NCBI RefSeq assembly: GCF_009914755.1
Contig: NC_060945.1
DNA length: 64,000 nt
Source: the human T2T-CHM13v2.0 reference genome, Homo sapiens
Strand: one strand, 5' to 3'
Shown here: piece by piece, positions 13,183 through 27,640 of the stretch
Layout: each line of letters opens with the position of its first letter
Position numbering within the stretch: the first letter of the stretch is position 1
Position numbers and translations under genes: made by a program
The notes under the pieces: generated by a model
Databases searched by the model: none
Told to the model about the DNA's origin: nothing
What the model saw: only the letters and a program-made list of their open reading frames with translations

Positions 13183-16100
13183 AAGATTTTTTTAAATTTC
13201 AATAGCTTTTGGGGTACAAGTGGTTTTCATTACATGGATGAAATTTTTAGTGGTGAATTCTGAGATTGTAGTTCACCCATCACCAAGTAGGGTAGACTGT
13301 AGCTAATGTGAAGTTATTTATCCCTATTACCCCTCTTAGTCTCTAAAATCCATCATATCACTCTGTATGCCTCTGCATGCTCATAGCTTACTTCCCACTT
13401 ATAAGTGAGAAAATACAATATTTTGGTTTCTACTCCTGTGTTACTTCATTTAGAATAATGGCCTCCAGCTCCATTGAAGTTGCTGCAAAAGACATTATTT
13501 CATTTCTTTTAATGGCTGAGTGGTAGTTCATGTGTGTATATAACACATTTTTTTATCCACTCATTAGTCAATGGGCACTTAACTTGGTTCCACATCTTTG
13601 TAATTGTGAATTGTGCTGCATTTGCAAATGTCTTTTTCATATAATGACTTCTTTTCCTTTGAGTAGATACTCAGTAGTGGGATTGCTGGATTGAATGGTA
13701 GATCTACTTATAGCTCTTTAAGGAATCTCCATGCTGTTTTCCATAAAGGTTGTACTAATTTACACTCCCACCAGCAGTTTGTAAGTATTCGCTTTTTCCC
13801 ACATCCATGGCAACATCCATTGCTTTTTGACTGTTTAATAATCGCCTTACTTGCAGGAATAAGGTGGTATCTCACTGTAGTTTTAATTTGCATTTCCCTA
13901 ATGATTAGTGATGTTGAGCTTTTTTTTCATATGTTTGTTGGTAATTTGTGTATCTTCTTTCAAGAAATGTCTATTCATTTCCTATGCTCACTTTTCAAAG
14001 GAATTATTTGATTTTTTTCTTGGTGTTTGAGTTCCTTACAGATTCTGGATACTAGTTCTTTGTCAGATGCATAGATTGCAAATATTTTCTCGTATTCTGT
14101 GGGTTATCTGTTTACTCTGGTGAGTATTTCTTCTGCTGTGCAGAAGATTTTTCATTTAATTATCTCTCATTTATTTCTTTTTGTTTTTGTTGCATTTACT
14201 TTGGGGGGTTTAGTCATGAATTCTTTACCTAGGCTGACATCTAAAATAGTTTTTCTAACATTGTCTTCTAGAAATTTTATGGTTTCAAACCTTACATTTA
14301 AGTCTTTGATCCATCTTAAATTTTTTTATATGGTGAGAAATAAGGATACAGTTTTATTCTTCTATGTGTGGCTTGCCAGTTATCCCAGCACCATTTATTA
14401 AATGGAGCGTCCCTTCTCCAATTTGTGTTTTCATATGCTTTGTCAGAGATCAATTGGTTGTATGTATTTGGCTTTATTTCTCCATTATCTATTCTGTTCC
14501 ATTGTTCTATGACTCTATTTTTATACCAGTACCATTCTGTTTTGGTAACTATAGCCTTGTAATACAACTTGAAGTCAGATAATGTGATGCCTCCAGATTT
14601 GTACTTATTGCTTTTGATTGTTTTGGTTATTCTGGCTCTTTTTTCATTTCATATAAATTTTAGGATTTTCTAATTCTGTGGCTACTAATGTTGGTATTTT
14701 GATGGGAATTGCATTAAATCTGTAAATTGCTTTGGGTAGTATGGCCATTTTCACAACACTGTTTCTTCCAATCCATGAGCATGGAATGCCATTCCATCTG
14801 TTTGTGCCATCTGTGATTTCTTTCAGTATTTTTTTTTAGCTCTCTTCTTAGAGATCTTTCACCTGTTTGGCTATTTCTAGGTATTTTATACTCTCTACAG
14901 CTGTAGTAAAATTTATTGAGTTCTTGATTTTATTCCCAGCTGGGTTGTTGTTGATATATAGCAGTGTTACTAATTTGTGTACGTTGATTGTGTAACCTGA
15001 GACTTTATTAAATTTGTTTTTCAAATCTAAGAATCTTTTGGAGGAGTCTTTAGAATTTTCTAGATGTACTACACTCATATCGTCTATAAATGGCAGTAGT
15101 TTGACTTTCTCTTTTTCAATTTGGATGCCCCATATTTTTTTCTTGTTTAATTGCTCTTTTTAGTACTTCCAGAACTATGTTGAATAGAAATGGTAAAAGT
15201 GGGTATTTTTGTCTTTTCTGGTCTCAGAGACCAGAATTTCTCAGAGAAAATGCTTTCAACTTTTCCCATTCAGTATGATGTTGACTGTGGGTTTGTCATA
15301 TATGGATTTTATTATTTTAAGATAGGTTCTTTCTATGTCTAGTTTGTCGAGAGTTTTTTTTTTTCATAAAGGAGAGCTAAAATTTGTCAGTCACTTCTGC
15401 ATCCATTGAGATGATCATATGGTTTTTGTTTTTAATTCTGATGATGTGATGTATCACATTTTTTAACTTGCATATATTAAACCACCTCTGCATCCCTTGG
15501 ACATAACCCACTAGATGATTTTGAATTATCTTTTTGATGTACTGCTGGATTCAGTTAGCTAATATTTTGTTGAGGTTGTTTGCCTCTATGTTCACCACAG
15601 AAATTGGTCTGTAGTTTTCTTTATTTTATTTTTTGTGTCATTCCTGGTTTTAGTAACAGAGTGACATTAGCTTCATAAAATGGTTTAGGGATGATGTCTT
15701 CTTTCTCAATCTTTTGGAATAGTTTCAGTAGGATTGCTACTAATTCTTTAAATGTCTGGTAGAATTCACCTGTGAATTTATCTGGTCCTGGGCTTTTATT
15801 AATCGGCAATTTTTAAATTACTGGCTCAAGCTTGCTGCCTCTTATTGATCTGTTCAAAGTTTCTGTTTATTCCTGATTTAATCTGAGAGGGTTGTATATT
15901 TCCAGGAATTTGTCCATTTACTCTAGGTTTTCTAGTTTGTATGAAAAAAGGTGTTCCATAGTGGTCTCAAATGATCTTTTGTATTTCTGTGGTGTTGATT
16001 GTAATGTCTCCAGTTTCACTTCCAATTGAGTTTATTTGGATCTTCTCTGTTCTTTTCATTGTTAATTTAGCTAATTGTCTATCACATTTGTTTATTTTTT

Positions 16101-16705
16101 CAAAAACACAGTTTTTTCTTTCATGGCTTTTTTGGGTTTTTTTTTAATTGTTGTTTGAATTTCATTTAGTTCTGCTGTGATCCTTGTTATTTCTTTTCTT
16201 CTTCTAGTTTTGTTTTCATTTGTTTTTGTTTCTCCAGTTCCTTGAGGATGACATTAGGTTGCCAATTTGTGTTCTTTCAGACTTTTTGAGGTAGGCATTT
16301 AGCACTATAAACTTTCCTCTTGGCAGTGCTTTTGCTGTATCCCAAAGGTTTTGATGCCTATGATGGTGGACAAGGTGGGAAAGACTTCCTCTTCTTAAGA
16401 CCCTTCACATGCACCAGGGCTTTCTAACTGTTGGGGTAGAGCTGAAGACTTTTCCTGCTCAACCCAGCACTTTAACTGTGCCACTGCTGAAAGAAGCTTT
16501 CCACCAGCAGAAAGACCTAGTGCTCAAGGCCTGCCACTCAGATTATTTTGTCCCACATGGTGTTCCCTTCATGTGGTGCACTCCTCCCTCCTCTAGAGTA
16601 CTGTGAGTGTTGTTGCTCCTCTGGGTCTAGCTACCCAGTGAAGCTGCAACACTCCAGGCTGGTGCTGGGGAATGTTTGCAAGGGGTCCAGTGATGTGACC
16701 TGTCT
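13183..16705 (-). mobile_element. LINE-1 (L1PB-like): 3' UTR and ORF2 joined to a 5'-UTR-like segment
   Basis: 3' end 'aatagctttttggggtacaagtggtttt'. ORF2 remnants [48 protein letters not shown]-richer L1PBa-5'-like segment at about 16356-16705. Confidence 0.88.
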
Positions 16706-17552
16706 GAGGCAATATCTTTTGTGTATGTGGGGTTTCTGGTGTTTTGAAATAGTTCTACAATGAACACTTGTTAGTTTTGTCATCAGAAATAAATTCTTTC
16801 AGTGTAGTGCAAGTAAGTTCTATGTTTTCAGGCATTTCCTCAGCCTCTGTCTGCAAGTTAATCTAAAAATGTGAAGGATGTTTGTATTGGCAGATTGAGA
16901 TGTGAATTGTGCATACAAAGGTAGGAAAAGGTAGAAATTATGTTAATCCAAATGTCTTTGTGGAAAAGTAATAACCTGTGGCATGAGACATGCCTTCAAA
17001 GTTAATTAGGTAATTATTAGCCTAAAGAAGCAAAAGGTCAAAGTTGAATAGTTTTAGCGATAAAGCTTAAAAGATTCATTAACAGAAAATGAACACAGGA
17101 AGTTCCAGAACTAACTATGAATCCCTGGTTCTTATAACTAAAAAGGTCATCTTCTGATCGTTTAACTAATGTTCCTCCATCCAAAATAATGAGGAAGACA
17201 ATTTTGCTCTGCTCCCCAACGCATGTAAATAACATAATGTCAGAGTGAAGAGGTTAAAAATTAACATTTTCTAGTTGCATTTAGTGAAAATGTTTAATTT
17301 TCAAAATCAGTGAAACAAAGGTAGAATGCATAAGAATTTGAAACCAATTGGAAAGGAGAGTTCTGTCAAAGTCAATACTGAATCCTCTGGTTGACTGAAG
17401 AATGGTAGTGCCGATAACAAAAATTCATAATAGCATTTCAGAGACAGAAAGAGAGAGAGAAGTGCCACAAGGCAGAGACCGTTTCAAGAGAAGAAACGCT
17501 GACTTTTGTTTGGTTTGTGTTAAGAATGCCCACATAGAAATACACAAAAGGT

Positions 17553-18273
<721 letters not shown>

Positions 18274-18679
18274 TTAGAATTTACAGGAACTATTCAAGCA
18301 GGTAAGAACAAGTTGGATATCATCCACAGCAACCTGATCACTGAAGCAATGCCCTAAACTTCTACAGATTCATGAAAACTAATAGATCACAGATAGGGAG
18401 GGAGTAGCAGCAGAATTCAGAGAGCTTGTTGAGACAGATGCAGGGGGAAAGAATTTTAGGGAATAGAATTTGAAAGAGGAAAAAAGTAAACAAAAAATGA
18501 GAAAAAATATTTTGGAAAAACAATACGTAAGAGATACAGCACAAGTTAGTAGAAGAGCTGATCAAGATAGCTTTATTGCCCCTGGAAAACATCTGAAACC
18601 ACAAAAAAAAAGGAGCAGAGAAATATATTTTTTAAATTGTGACATTATCCAAGACTGGATCTTGAGTGAAGAGCAGTAA

Positions 18680-18930
18680 AATATTAAGGAGGCTGCTTTA
18701 TGTTGTAGAAAATACATAGATTTTGGAAGCAAATATACCTGTGTTTGAATATTGACCTGGAAGACTTTGAATCTTGAAACTCTTTGAGCTTCATCGTTCT
18801 TTCTGTGTAAATTAGAGAGGACTATACTTAGGTCACACAATTATTTTGAAAAGTTCAATGAATACAAACACATAAAATTCAAAGCATGACGCAGGACACA
18901 TAGTTGTCATTCAATAAATGTTACCTCCCT
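18680..18930 (+). mobile_element. MIR
   Basis: Degenerate MIR core and tail 'cacatagttgtcattcaataaatgtta'. Confidence 0.6.
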
Positions 18931-18999
18931 TCAAGGATATAGGTGCTATTATTAACCATAAATTACAGATAAAGAAACTATTTATAACATACAGTGCTT

Positions 19000-20300
19000 G
19001 TTCATTCAACTGATACTTACTGAGCCTCTGCTATGTGGCAACGTATGGTTGAATTGCAAGGCAAATGATCCTACACAATCTTCTGGCAAGGAAAGGCAAA
19101 TAATAAACAAAAAAGTAAATACAGATATCATATAAAGATGAGTGCAATTCAGAAAAAAAACAGCATGGTTTTATAAAGGTATCTGGGTGGCTAGCTTAGG
19201 TTAGGTTGTCAAAATGCTTCACCAAAGAGGTAGGAAGAAGGAATCAGGCAGCCATGTGAAGATTAAGATGAGGGCTATTCCAGGAAAGGTCAACAGCCAG
19301 AGTAAAGGACTTAGGAAGAGTATGACACAACTGGCACATCCAAGGAACCCAAGGCATGTTTAGTCCAGCCAAGGGTTTTCAGTGGGTGAGGGGAAGAGTG
19401 GTACCAGGGAAGTCAGAGTGGCCAGATCACATAGGGCTTGGTAAGCCAGACAAAGTAGCATGGGTGTTAGTCCACATGAAATTGGGCAGCATTGGAGTGC
19501 TGTAAGCAGGCCACTAAAATAATCTGATTTTGTATTTTTCAAAGATCCCTCTGACTACTGGGTGAAGAAAAGACTGCTAAGGGCTAAAAGCCAAAGGAGG
19601 ACACACATCAGGAGGTCATTGTGTTCATGTTTAGAGGAGAAACAAGGACTACTTAAGCAAAAGAAGTAGGGCTGCAGAGGAGCAGGGGAAGACACATCTT
19701 TGGGGTATGCTTAACAGAACCTGCCACCATATTAGATGTGTGGGAAAGATAAGTATCAAGGGTAACACTTGGATTATTGTTGGGTACAAGTGACTGCAGG
19801 GGTGCCAATTGACCAGATCAGAAAGCAGAAAGTTGGGGGGCAGAGAGGAGAGGACAAATGGGTGGAGAGAAGATGCTAGATACGCAGTTGGATGAATATA
19901 CCTTGAAAAGTTTTGAGGAGATTCAGAAACAGCAATTTAGAACAAATTTCAAACCATAGGATGGAATGAGAACTCTGAGGGAGAGTATACAAAACTGGGA
20001 GAGAAGAAATCCCAGCATTCCCCCAGGGCATGTCACCCTTTCAAGATCACACAAAAAAGGAATAGGAAACTGTGAAAGAGGAGAAGAATAGATAAGTAAA
20101 GCAGAAGGAAATTCAGAAAAGTGTAGAATCAGGCAAGCCAGGAGAGGAAGATGTTTCAACAAAGGGGCCATTCTATTCAGTGCTGAGATAATAAAGTATC
20201 TATAATAATTCAAAAGGTGAGTCCATTGAATTTGAAAGCATAGAAGTTATGGATGACCTTGATAAGAAGAATTTTTGTGAAAGGATGAGAACTGGAGGCC
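19000..20300 (-). mobile_element. LINE-2 fragments
   Basis: 'ttcattcaac...ttactgagcctctgctatgtg' 3' end and a purine-rich antisense L2 body. Confidence 0.7.
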
Positions 20301-20399
20301 AAATAAGATTTTGTATCATTTTCCTACATAGCAACATAGCCTAGGCATGCCCCCCCCATATTAAATGTCAGCAAAGGAATGACTTAAAATACTGTATTT

Positions 20400-21140
20400 A
20401 TTTTCTTTATACAATTATGTTTAAATGTTTTTCATGCATAATTTTGTTTAATCAAAAATGTTTATATTCTACTTTAAATCTTTTTCTTTTCCTTATTTTT
20501 TCTACCTTTCATTCAATATCAGCTCTCCTCTGCCACAAGGTAGTCCACATTGCAATGCAGTAGTGATCTTCAATATTTTCCCTGTGCCTAGTCTTATTTA
20601 TGTACATAGATGCATACTTGTATACAGATATATAGGGCCTGGATTTTTGTCCATATATTGTTTTACCTAAATTGAATCATACCATAAATACTTTCTGAAT
20701 CTTGCTTTCCACTCACCTATATCTCACAGAAACCCTGAGTCAACTGGTATAGCTTAAATCCATTCTTTTTTAACGGTTGGGTTATATTCTAGATGTGAGT
20801 TTGCTATAGTTAAACTTCCCTCTATAGACTAGCATTTACTTTGTTTTCAATCAAACACATGATGATTAATGGTGCCAAACTACATCAAAACTTTATTAGC
20901 ATTATAATTCCCTTTATTTGAATGTTTATGTCTTTAGCACATTTTTATTTTTATTTTAAAAAATGCCTGTGAATATTCACACATAAATCTTTCACATATC
21001 TCTAATTCTTTTCTTAGGATAGATGCTTAGATATAAAGATGAAAGGCTTGGGTATAAAAAACATTTTAAGAAATCTTGACAATGGTGCTAAATATCTTTC
21101 TAGAAAAGTAGAAATTTGTATTCTTACAGAAGATGAGAGT
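20400..21140 (-). mobile_element. Very old L1 (L1ME-like) 3' fragment
   Basis: Degenerate 'tttcttaggatagatgcttaga...aacattttaa' motifs. Confidence 0.5.
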
Positions 21141-21149
21141 GTTAAGACC

Positions 21150-21400
21150 ACTGTTCCACGCCGTCAGAACTCATCTGAGCATTATCTGAAGCAACTATGC
21201 CGTCACTTGGGGAAGATGCCTCATAACCCTAACAGAGGCCTGACTGAAGTGCGAACGCTGATCTAAACAAAGCAGTCAGGAACACGCTGGCTAGGATTCT
21301 CCTGACCTCTTCTTTTGTTGCCATAGTTACCTTTATCAATAAATGTCCAAAGATGTAACCGAGGCATTGTTGTCATAGTTCATTGGATGGCAACAAACTG
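21150..21400. promoter_or_regulatory. Candidate RFX X-box promoter/enhancer
   Basis: GTTGCCATAGTTAC at 21317-21330 matches the X-box consensus on the minus strand. A related site at 21369, a GGCAAC half-site, an ATTGG box and about 7 CpGs lie nearby. Confidence 0.45.
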
Positions 21401-23179
21401 TTATTGAATAAATTAGTGTCCCAATTAAGAGTCTTTCCTATTTTTCAGCACCTTTCCAATCTGTAACAGGTATTTCCTTTCAAAACACTGACAGAGTGAA
21501 ATAATGTGAACTTCGGTTAGAAATGAGAATTCTTGGTGTCAATTTAAAATCTTGACACCCAGGAGAATGAAAATTGTGATTTCTACTAATTATCCCATGA
21601 GGTTTTGCTAAAAAAGCATCTGTTTTCTAGCCCTGCACCTTGTATCCTAACCAAAATATAATTGTCCATGATTAAAGCACGGTTGTCTGCCTTCCTGAAT
21701 CTTGGGCATCGGAAGTCAGCTTTCTGCTGCTAAATCTCCTTTTGGGACAGCTCTCTAGAAGAACTCTGTAGAAAAGTTTGTGTTGCAGAGTTTTGCATGG
21801 AGTTAACTAGCAGACATTAAAAACACAGGATAAACTCTGTTGAGTCAGGCACTTTTGACTTTCTGATAATTTTTCAATCTTTCCCCTGAAAATCAGGAGA
21901 TCTGGAAGGTTTTCTTTCATATGGAAAATACTAAAGTGCTTAAAAGAAACAGAACACATTTGCATATGTAACACAATTCCTTATTTGAACCAGATTTATT
22001 TAATAATCACAATCTAATTTTAGATAGTTTCTGTTTTCCAGAAAATGCAAGCTAGAGATCATTAGAGCAATTAGTACAAGATAAACTTTAGAATATTGCA
22101 TTTGGCCAGACCAGATGTAAAATCATTAGGGAATAAACATAACCATGCTTCATAGAAGCCCACTATTCAGACATTAGATGAGTTTTAGATCCGATGACAT
22201 AATGACAGGCCTCATTTAAAAAGACTAATAACTTAGTGAAAACCATGTGTATTTCTACAACACTATTTGCATTTTACTAATTTAATCTCACGCATTCACT
22301 GAGGGTACTGACATTTTAGCCAGTGTGAGCATGAGAAGCAGGTGACTCATGTATGATCTAAATGCACCACATCAAGATGACTAGTTGAGTTGTATTCAGA
22401 AGGGCTGAAATAATGTGTTATTATCCAAAACACCATAGTTATATAAAAACAGGCAGCATAGCAGATACCTGAAAAAATGTTTTTTTTGGATGAATAAGGG
22501 AAAAATGTTAACATTTTACAGTTTATAAGTTGCCTTCATTCCCATTTCTTGAGTACCTGTCATTACTAGGCAATGAACTAGTTTTTGAGATGCCATGATA
22601 GATAAGATAGAGTATCTCTTTTTAGAAGCTAGCTTAATTCTAAACCCTGTAATCCAGGAATCATAAGTATTATTAAGCCATTTGTACAAGAGCTGAAAAG
22701 CAGTTAAATATGATCAAATGAATTGTCCAAGTCACAGAGTGCTAAGTGGGAACATTAGGACCAATATTCAGGCTTTGCAACTCAGTCCAGTGTGCTTTTT
22801 ACTATCTTTTTCTAACCATCTTCCAAATTACTGTTTCTTTTTATGACGTCAACTCCAGCTGACTTAATTGCAACCCTGGAAACAACTTTTCCAAGTGCTC
22901 TTTTCATACTCTTTGGTGATTCGTTCATCCATATATTTGTGTATATGTGTGTGTATGTATCTATGTGTGTTTGTGTGTGGGTGTGTGAGTGTGTGTGCTG
23001 TGTGTGGGTACATAGCTAAGAATCTGATTCTACATAATGCTAATACAATCATTTGGGAAGATAAAAAATCCTACCACCTGTGTGTTTGGTCCATTTGAGG
23101 AAAAATAATAAGACTGACTATATTTTGTACTAATTTGCAAATTATTTAGCAAATATTTCTTTTAAGTGTTCTAACTGCA

Positions 23180-23400
23180 ATTTGGAGACACTATATCATA
23201 ACAATTAAGAGGATGATGTTTAAAACAAGAACAGACTTGGGGTGGAATCCTACTTATCTCTCCCACTAGTTACTTATTCTTTTTCATTTTTTTCTCCTGT
23301 AAAATGGAGATAATGAGAACAACCTCACAAAATTGTTATAAGAACTAGACGGGCTAACACACAGAGCCTGGTTTATAACCAGCACTCAATAAACAGTAGA
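23180..23400 (+). mobile_element. MIR
   Basis: 'tttctcctgtaaaatggagataat...ctcaataaa'. Confidence 0.65.
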
Positions 23401-23979
23401 TTTCATAATTAAAAAGGTGAGATGATCTTTGAATGTAATCACCCTAAAATCAGTACAGTGCTTTATAATCTGACTACATTTTTCTCCCAACTCACCTTAT
23501 TCACTATTTCTAGTGAAATATTTTTAGTTGTTTCAGAAGTTAAATCTGTCCAAATTATAAAAATGACAATATCATCAATGATCATATTTAAAAATAAGAC
23601 ACTGGAAGATCCAAATGCATTCAATGCCTCAGTTATTTACAGTTTGGTATATTGAGATACTGTGATGAATAATTTTTTTTAACACTACAGACACATTTAC
23701 TTTGCATCTCCCATTGCTTCTGGCAGAGCTATTAGTTGCTCAATAAACATATAGTAAACAAGATTATATAGGGTGGTTTATTTTAAGTGCATTGTGAACA
23801 TGTCAGATGGCATATTTTAAAAAGCAAACTATCCCCATGATCCAATTAGCACTAAACAATTAAGATTGACTTCCACCATAAAACTCAAATTTGTCCTTTT
23901 GTAATGCTGAGTACCATTCAAAATAAGTAGAAGAAGGTTATTATCATGTTCAAAATACGTATAAAAATAACTGCATGAA

Positions 23980-24275
23980 ATTTTCAGTTTTGCAGTATGA
24001 ATAAATTCTGGAGATCTAATGTACAGCATGGTTACTATAGCTATTAATACTGTATTACCTATTTGAAATTTGCTAAGAGATTAGATCTTAAATGTTCTCA
24101 CCAAAAAAAAAATGTAACTATATAAGGTGATATATATGTTAGTAAGCTTGATTGTGGCGATCATTTCACAATGTATATAAACAAAATATTTCACCTTAAA
24201 TATATACAATTTTTATTTGTTAATTATCCCACAATAAAGCTGGGAGAAATTCTAACACAAACAAAAAAAAAAAAT
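23980..24275 (+). mobile_element. L1MA/MB 3'-end fragment
   Basis: 'ttctggagatctaatgtacagcatggttactatag...aataaagctggg' plus an A-rich tail. Confidence 0.85.
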
Positions 24276-25089
24276 AACTGTACATTGATTGAGAGTTTAG
24301 ATCATTCTGGAAAATCAACACAGGTTTACAAACCCAGAGCAAAAGAGAAATTCAACACTAACAAAAAAGAAAGTTGATATTCCACAGGCAGGAATTCTTA
24401 CTTAAAATGTGAAATATAACTATTACTTTTTCAAGAGGATCAAGCCCACTTGCACTGAAGCTGTGATCCCACGCCACACAAAGAGGCATAGAAAGGACCA
24501 GCAAAAACCATGGAAGGTGGAAAATGATATTGGATTATTTTCTATTAAGTAACTTACATCATTGTCTATCTTGTAGATAGTCACAAACAATGAGATGTAA
24601 AATGAAGAAAAAAATTAACATTTTTATTTTGAGGGCATTGTCAAAGAATAAGATGCTATTCCCTGAAATTGAATGATTTTCTAACCTGACACTTACCATT
24701 CCAAGGCCAAGTGTTATTACTTCCTAGCTTTTCTGATGGAAGTTTTACCAACTTAATTCAAAGTTTCTGTGGACAGTGTTTAGTTAACATGAGTTATCCT
24801 TTTATTGATGATTTGACAATGTTGTTATGAATATCAACTTATGGTTTTTCTTTATATTAAATCAGCCCTTCTCCTCTTTTGTATTCAGCTCTTTCTTCTG
24901 GTTTTTCCTTATGGAAATTATTTCTTTGGAAACCCTTTTCTATTTTTACTTTTCTGTTTCTTATCTGCTATTGATCCAAAAAATAAAACTAAGACTCTTA
25001 TAATTGTGAGTTAGGTAAAAGTAGATATACATTAAAAGCATGTTTCAATAATTTTTTCATAAAATAAAACAAAGAGTTTAATCACTTGA

Positions 25090-26180
25090 GAAATTGTGCC
25101 ATTTTTTGAGATGTGGAAGACTAAAGAGAAGCAAATTTGGAGAGGAAAACAACTAATTATTATTTGTTACTGGATACTTTTGTCCATTCAATATCCAAGT
25201 GGAGAAACTGACTAGTATGTTGAGTAAATCAATCTTGGATTTCACCATTGAGATGTACGCTGGAGATGTAGTTGGGGGAGTTACCAGATATTGATTGTCT
25301 ATAAAGCAATGGGACTAGGTGAGATTATTAGGGAGTGATGGTAGATATGGAGAAAAAAAGTAGATCACTGAGGCTTGAACCACTCCAACATTGAGCAATC
25401 AGGAAGAGGAATGGAATTCACAAATGAAACTGAAAGAAGAACCCTTGAGATAGGAGAATAACCAAGGGGATGGGCTTTAAAAGCTAAGTGAAGGAAATGT
25501 TTCAAAAGAAGTGAGTGTTTGATCAACTGTGGAGTAAGATCAAGATTGAAAACTGACTATTGGATTTGACAACATGGAGGTCATCAGGCCTTACTCAGGA
25601 CAATTTGGGTAGAAGTTTGGAGAAAAAAAAACCAACCAAACTAATGTAGGCTTGAGAGAAAGGGAGAAAAAGAAACAGAGTTGGTGAGAAAATATAACCA
25701 CTGTCAAGACTTTTTTTCAAAAAAAATTAAAAGCTGAGAAATGTGCCCAATAACTGGACAGAAAAGTAGAACCAAGGAAGGACTTTTTTTAAAAACATGG
25801 AAGATTCCAGAATGTTTGTATATAGAAGAAAATGCCCAGAAGAGAGGAAATATTGATGATACAGGAAAAAGAAAATATCATTTTATATGAGGAGTGAAGA
25901 AATTAAGATGTCAAGGATGACGTCTAAGTTTCTGGCTTGTGTACCTTAATGAATAGTGAAAATCTTTACCAAATCAGAAAATAGTGGAAAATTACGTTTA
26001 TAAGAAAGATCATTAGTTCATTTTGTAACATATGTTAAGTTGCAGGAGTTGTGAGTTATCTAAAAGACACAAATAGGCAGTATGGCTCCTAGAAGATAAA
26101 TTAGATCTAAAGAAATAAACTTTAAGACAACTGGACATGATAATAATTTAAGCCAAGGGTGAAGGCAAGATCTCCAAGGT
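25090..26180 (-). mobile_element. LINE-2 fragments
   Basis: Antisense L2 body motifs such as 'actgactattggatttgacaacatggaggtcat'. Confidence 0.7.
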
Positions 26181-26680
26181 CCTCTTAATTTTTTGTGGTT
26201 AAAGGATCTCCTATATCCATGAACTTATCACCCTAATTTGTGAAATAAAGAAACCATATTTTAAGGACCTGTTTTATATGTTCTGTACAGGATATTACCA
26301 TGTGTGATGAATGTTTTAAATACTGTGAGTTTGTAAAGTTAATGTTATTTTATAGATGAAGAAACAGAAGTTTAGAGAAACTTTGCCCATGAAAAGTTCA
26401 AAATGGTAGAGATGGAGTTGAATCTAGGCTTATCACAACCCCAATGCCTGTTCTGTCTTTCAGCTACATGAGTTGGGATGTTTTATGATCCCCTCTGACC
26501 ATTATAGTTACTTCTTAATAGGTTTTCTGATTTTCTAGCACCTTATCTCCATTCCTAAGCTTTTTTGTGGATAAGAATCACTTCCAGAGTATTGCCCTCC
26601 CCAGACAAACCAATAGTGTACACAATCTGCACATTTAATAAGCATCCTCAAGTGATTCTGATGCAAGTAGGCTGTGAATC

Positions 26681-26766
26681 TACAATGTAAAAGGTTAACA
26701 ACGTAAACAATTTACATGCAACAATGTAAAAGGTTACAATGTAAAAGGATAACAATGTAAAAGGTT
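26681..26766. repeat. Short minisatellite, unit ACAATGTAAAAGG(TT/ATA)
   Basis: Four near-perfect copies plus a degenerate spacer. Confidence 0.9.
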
Positions 26767-27640
26767 TGCTCTACTATAGTCTATGTGTGGTGTCACATTA
26801 ATCCTCTAAAAGGAAAACTAACTCATGCTGCTTGCTTGATTAATAATTGATAAGTACTTAGAGTCTCCTATGACATGTCCTAGACCTACTTTTCAAGCCA
26901 GACTGTCTAAACCAATCTTACTATTTTTGTCTGTATTCCTAAATAATACCTTTTCCATCCACATAAATTTGAAGCTCCCCTTCCACACTCTTAGATGCCC
27001 TCTTCCAGATTCCTTACCTCCATGTTACTAAATAAAATCCTAACTATTTTTAAAGGCACAATTTTAAAAATCCATGTTTACTCTAGTTAGAAATAGGGTT
27101 TCTCATTTAACTAGTTGCATACACTAGATATTATCTTATCTTGAGTTATCATATCTTGAGTTACATTTTATGTGAGTATACATTTCTTATCACCCAACAG
27201 GGTACTACCTTCATGTTTCTTTGCATTTTCCACAGCAGTTTCCATAGCATAAGTATACATCAGAGATGGGCCATCGGTGTTTGCTAATTTAATAAATAAG
27301 GTCACCCATTAAGCCATATAAAGATCTTACTTCCACTAGGGAATTGAGGAGGCAAATTGAATATTGAAAAGGAGCTTTAAAAATGTCATCTACTTCACCA
27401 TAAGATTTCACACAGCACTCAACCGTATAGACACAAATGTATTGGGGAAAAATTGCCTGTCTTCTGTAAACTAAAATCAAAGTCATAACAAAATTTTCTT
27501 ACACATTTTCTCCCAAGCTTGATTATTGCAAGTAAACAATTAACTCAAGTAAAATTATTAGAGATGGTACTTTCCAAACCTTTCTTATTACAATCCCATT
27601 CAAGACCAAGGGGTATAAACTGAATCAGAAAAAGATGTAG

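Noticed and set aside
26681-26766. Possible CRISPR-like array
   Set aside because: Units are 15-16 bp, mostly abutting, with no unique spacers and no cas genes. The context is eukaryotic.
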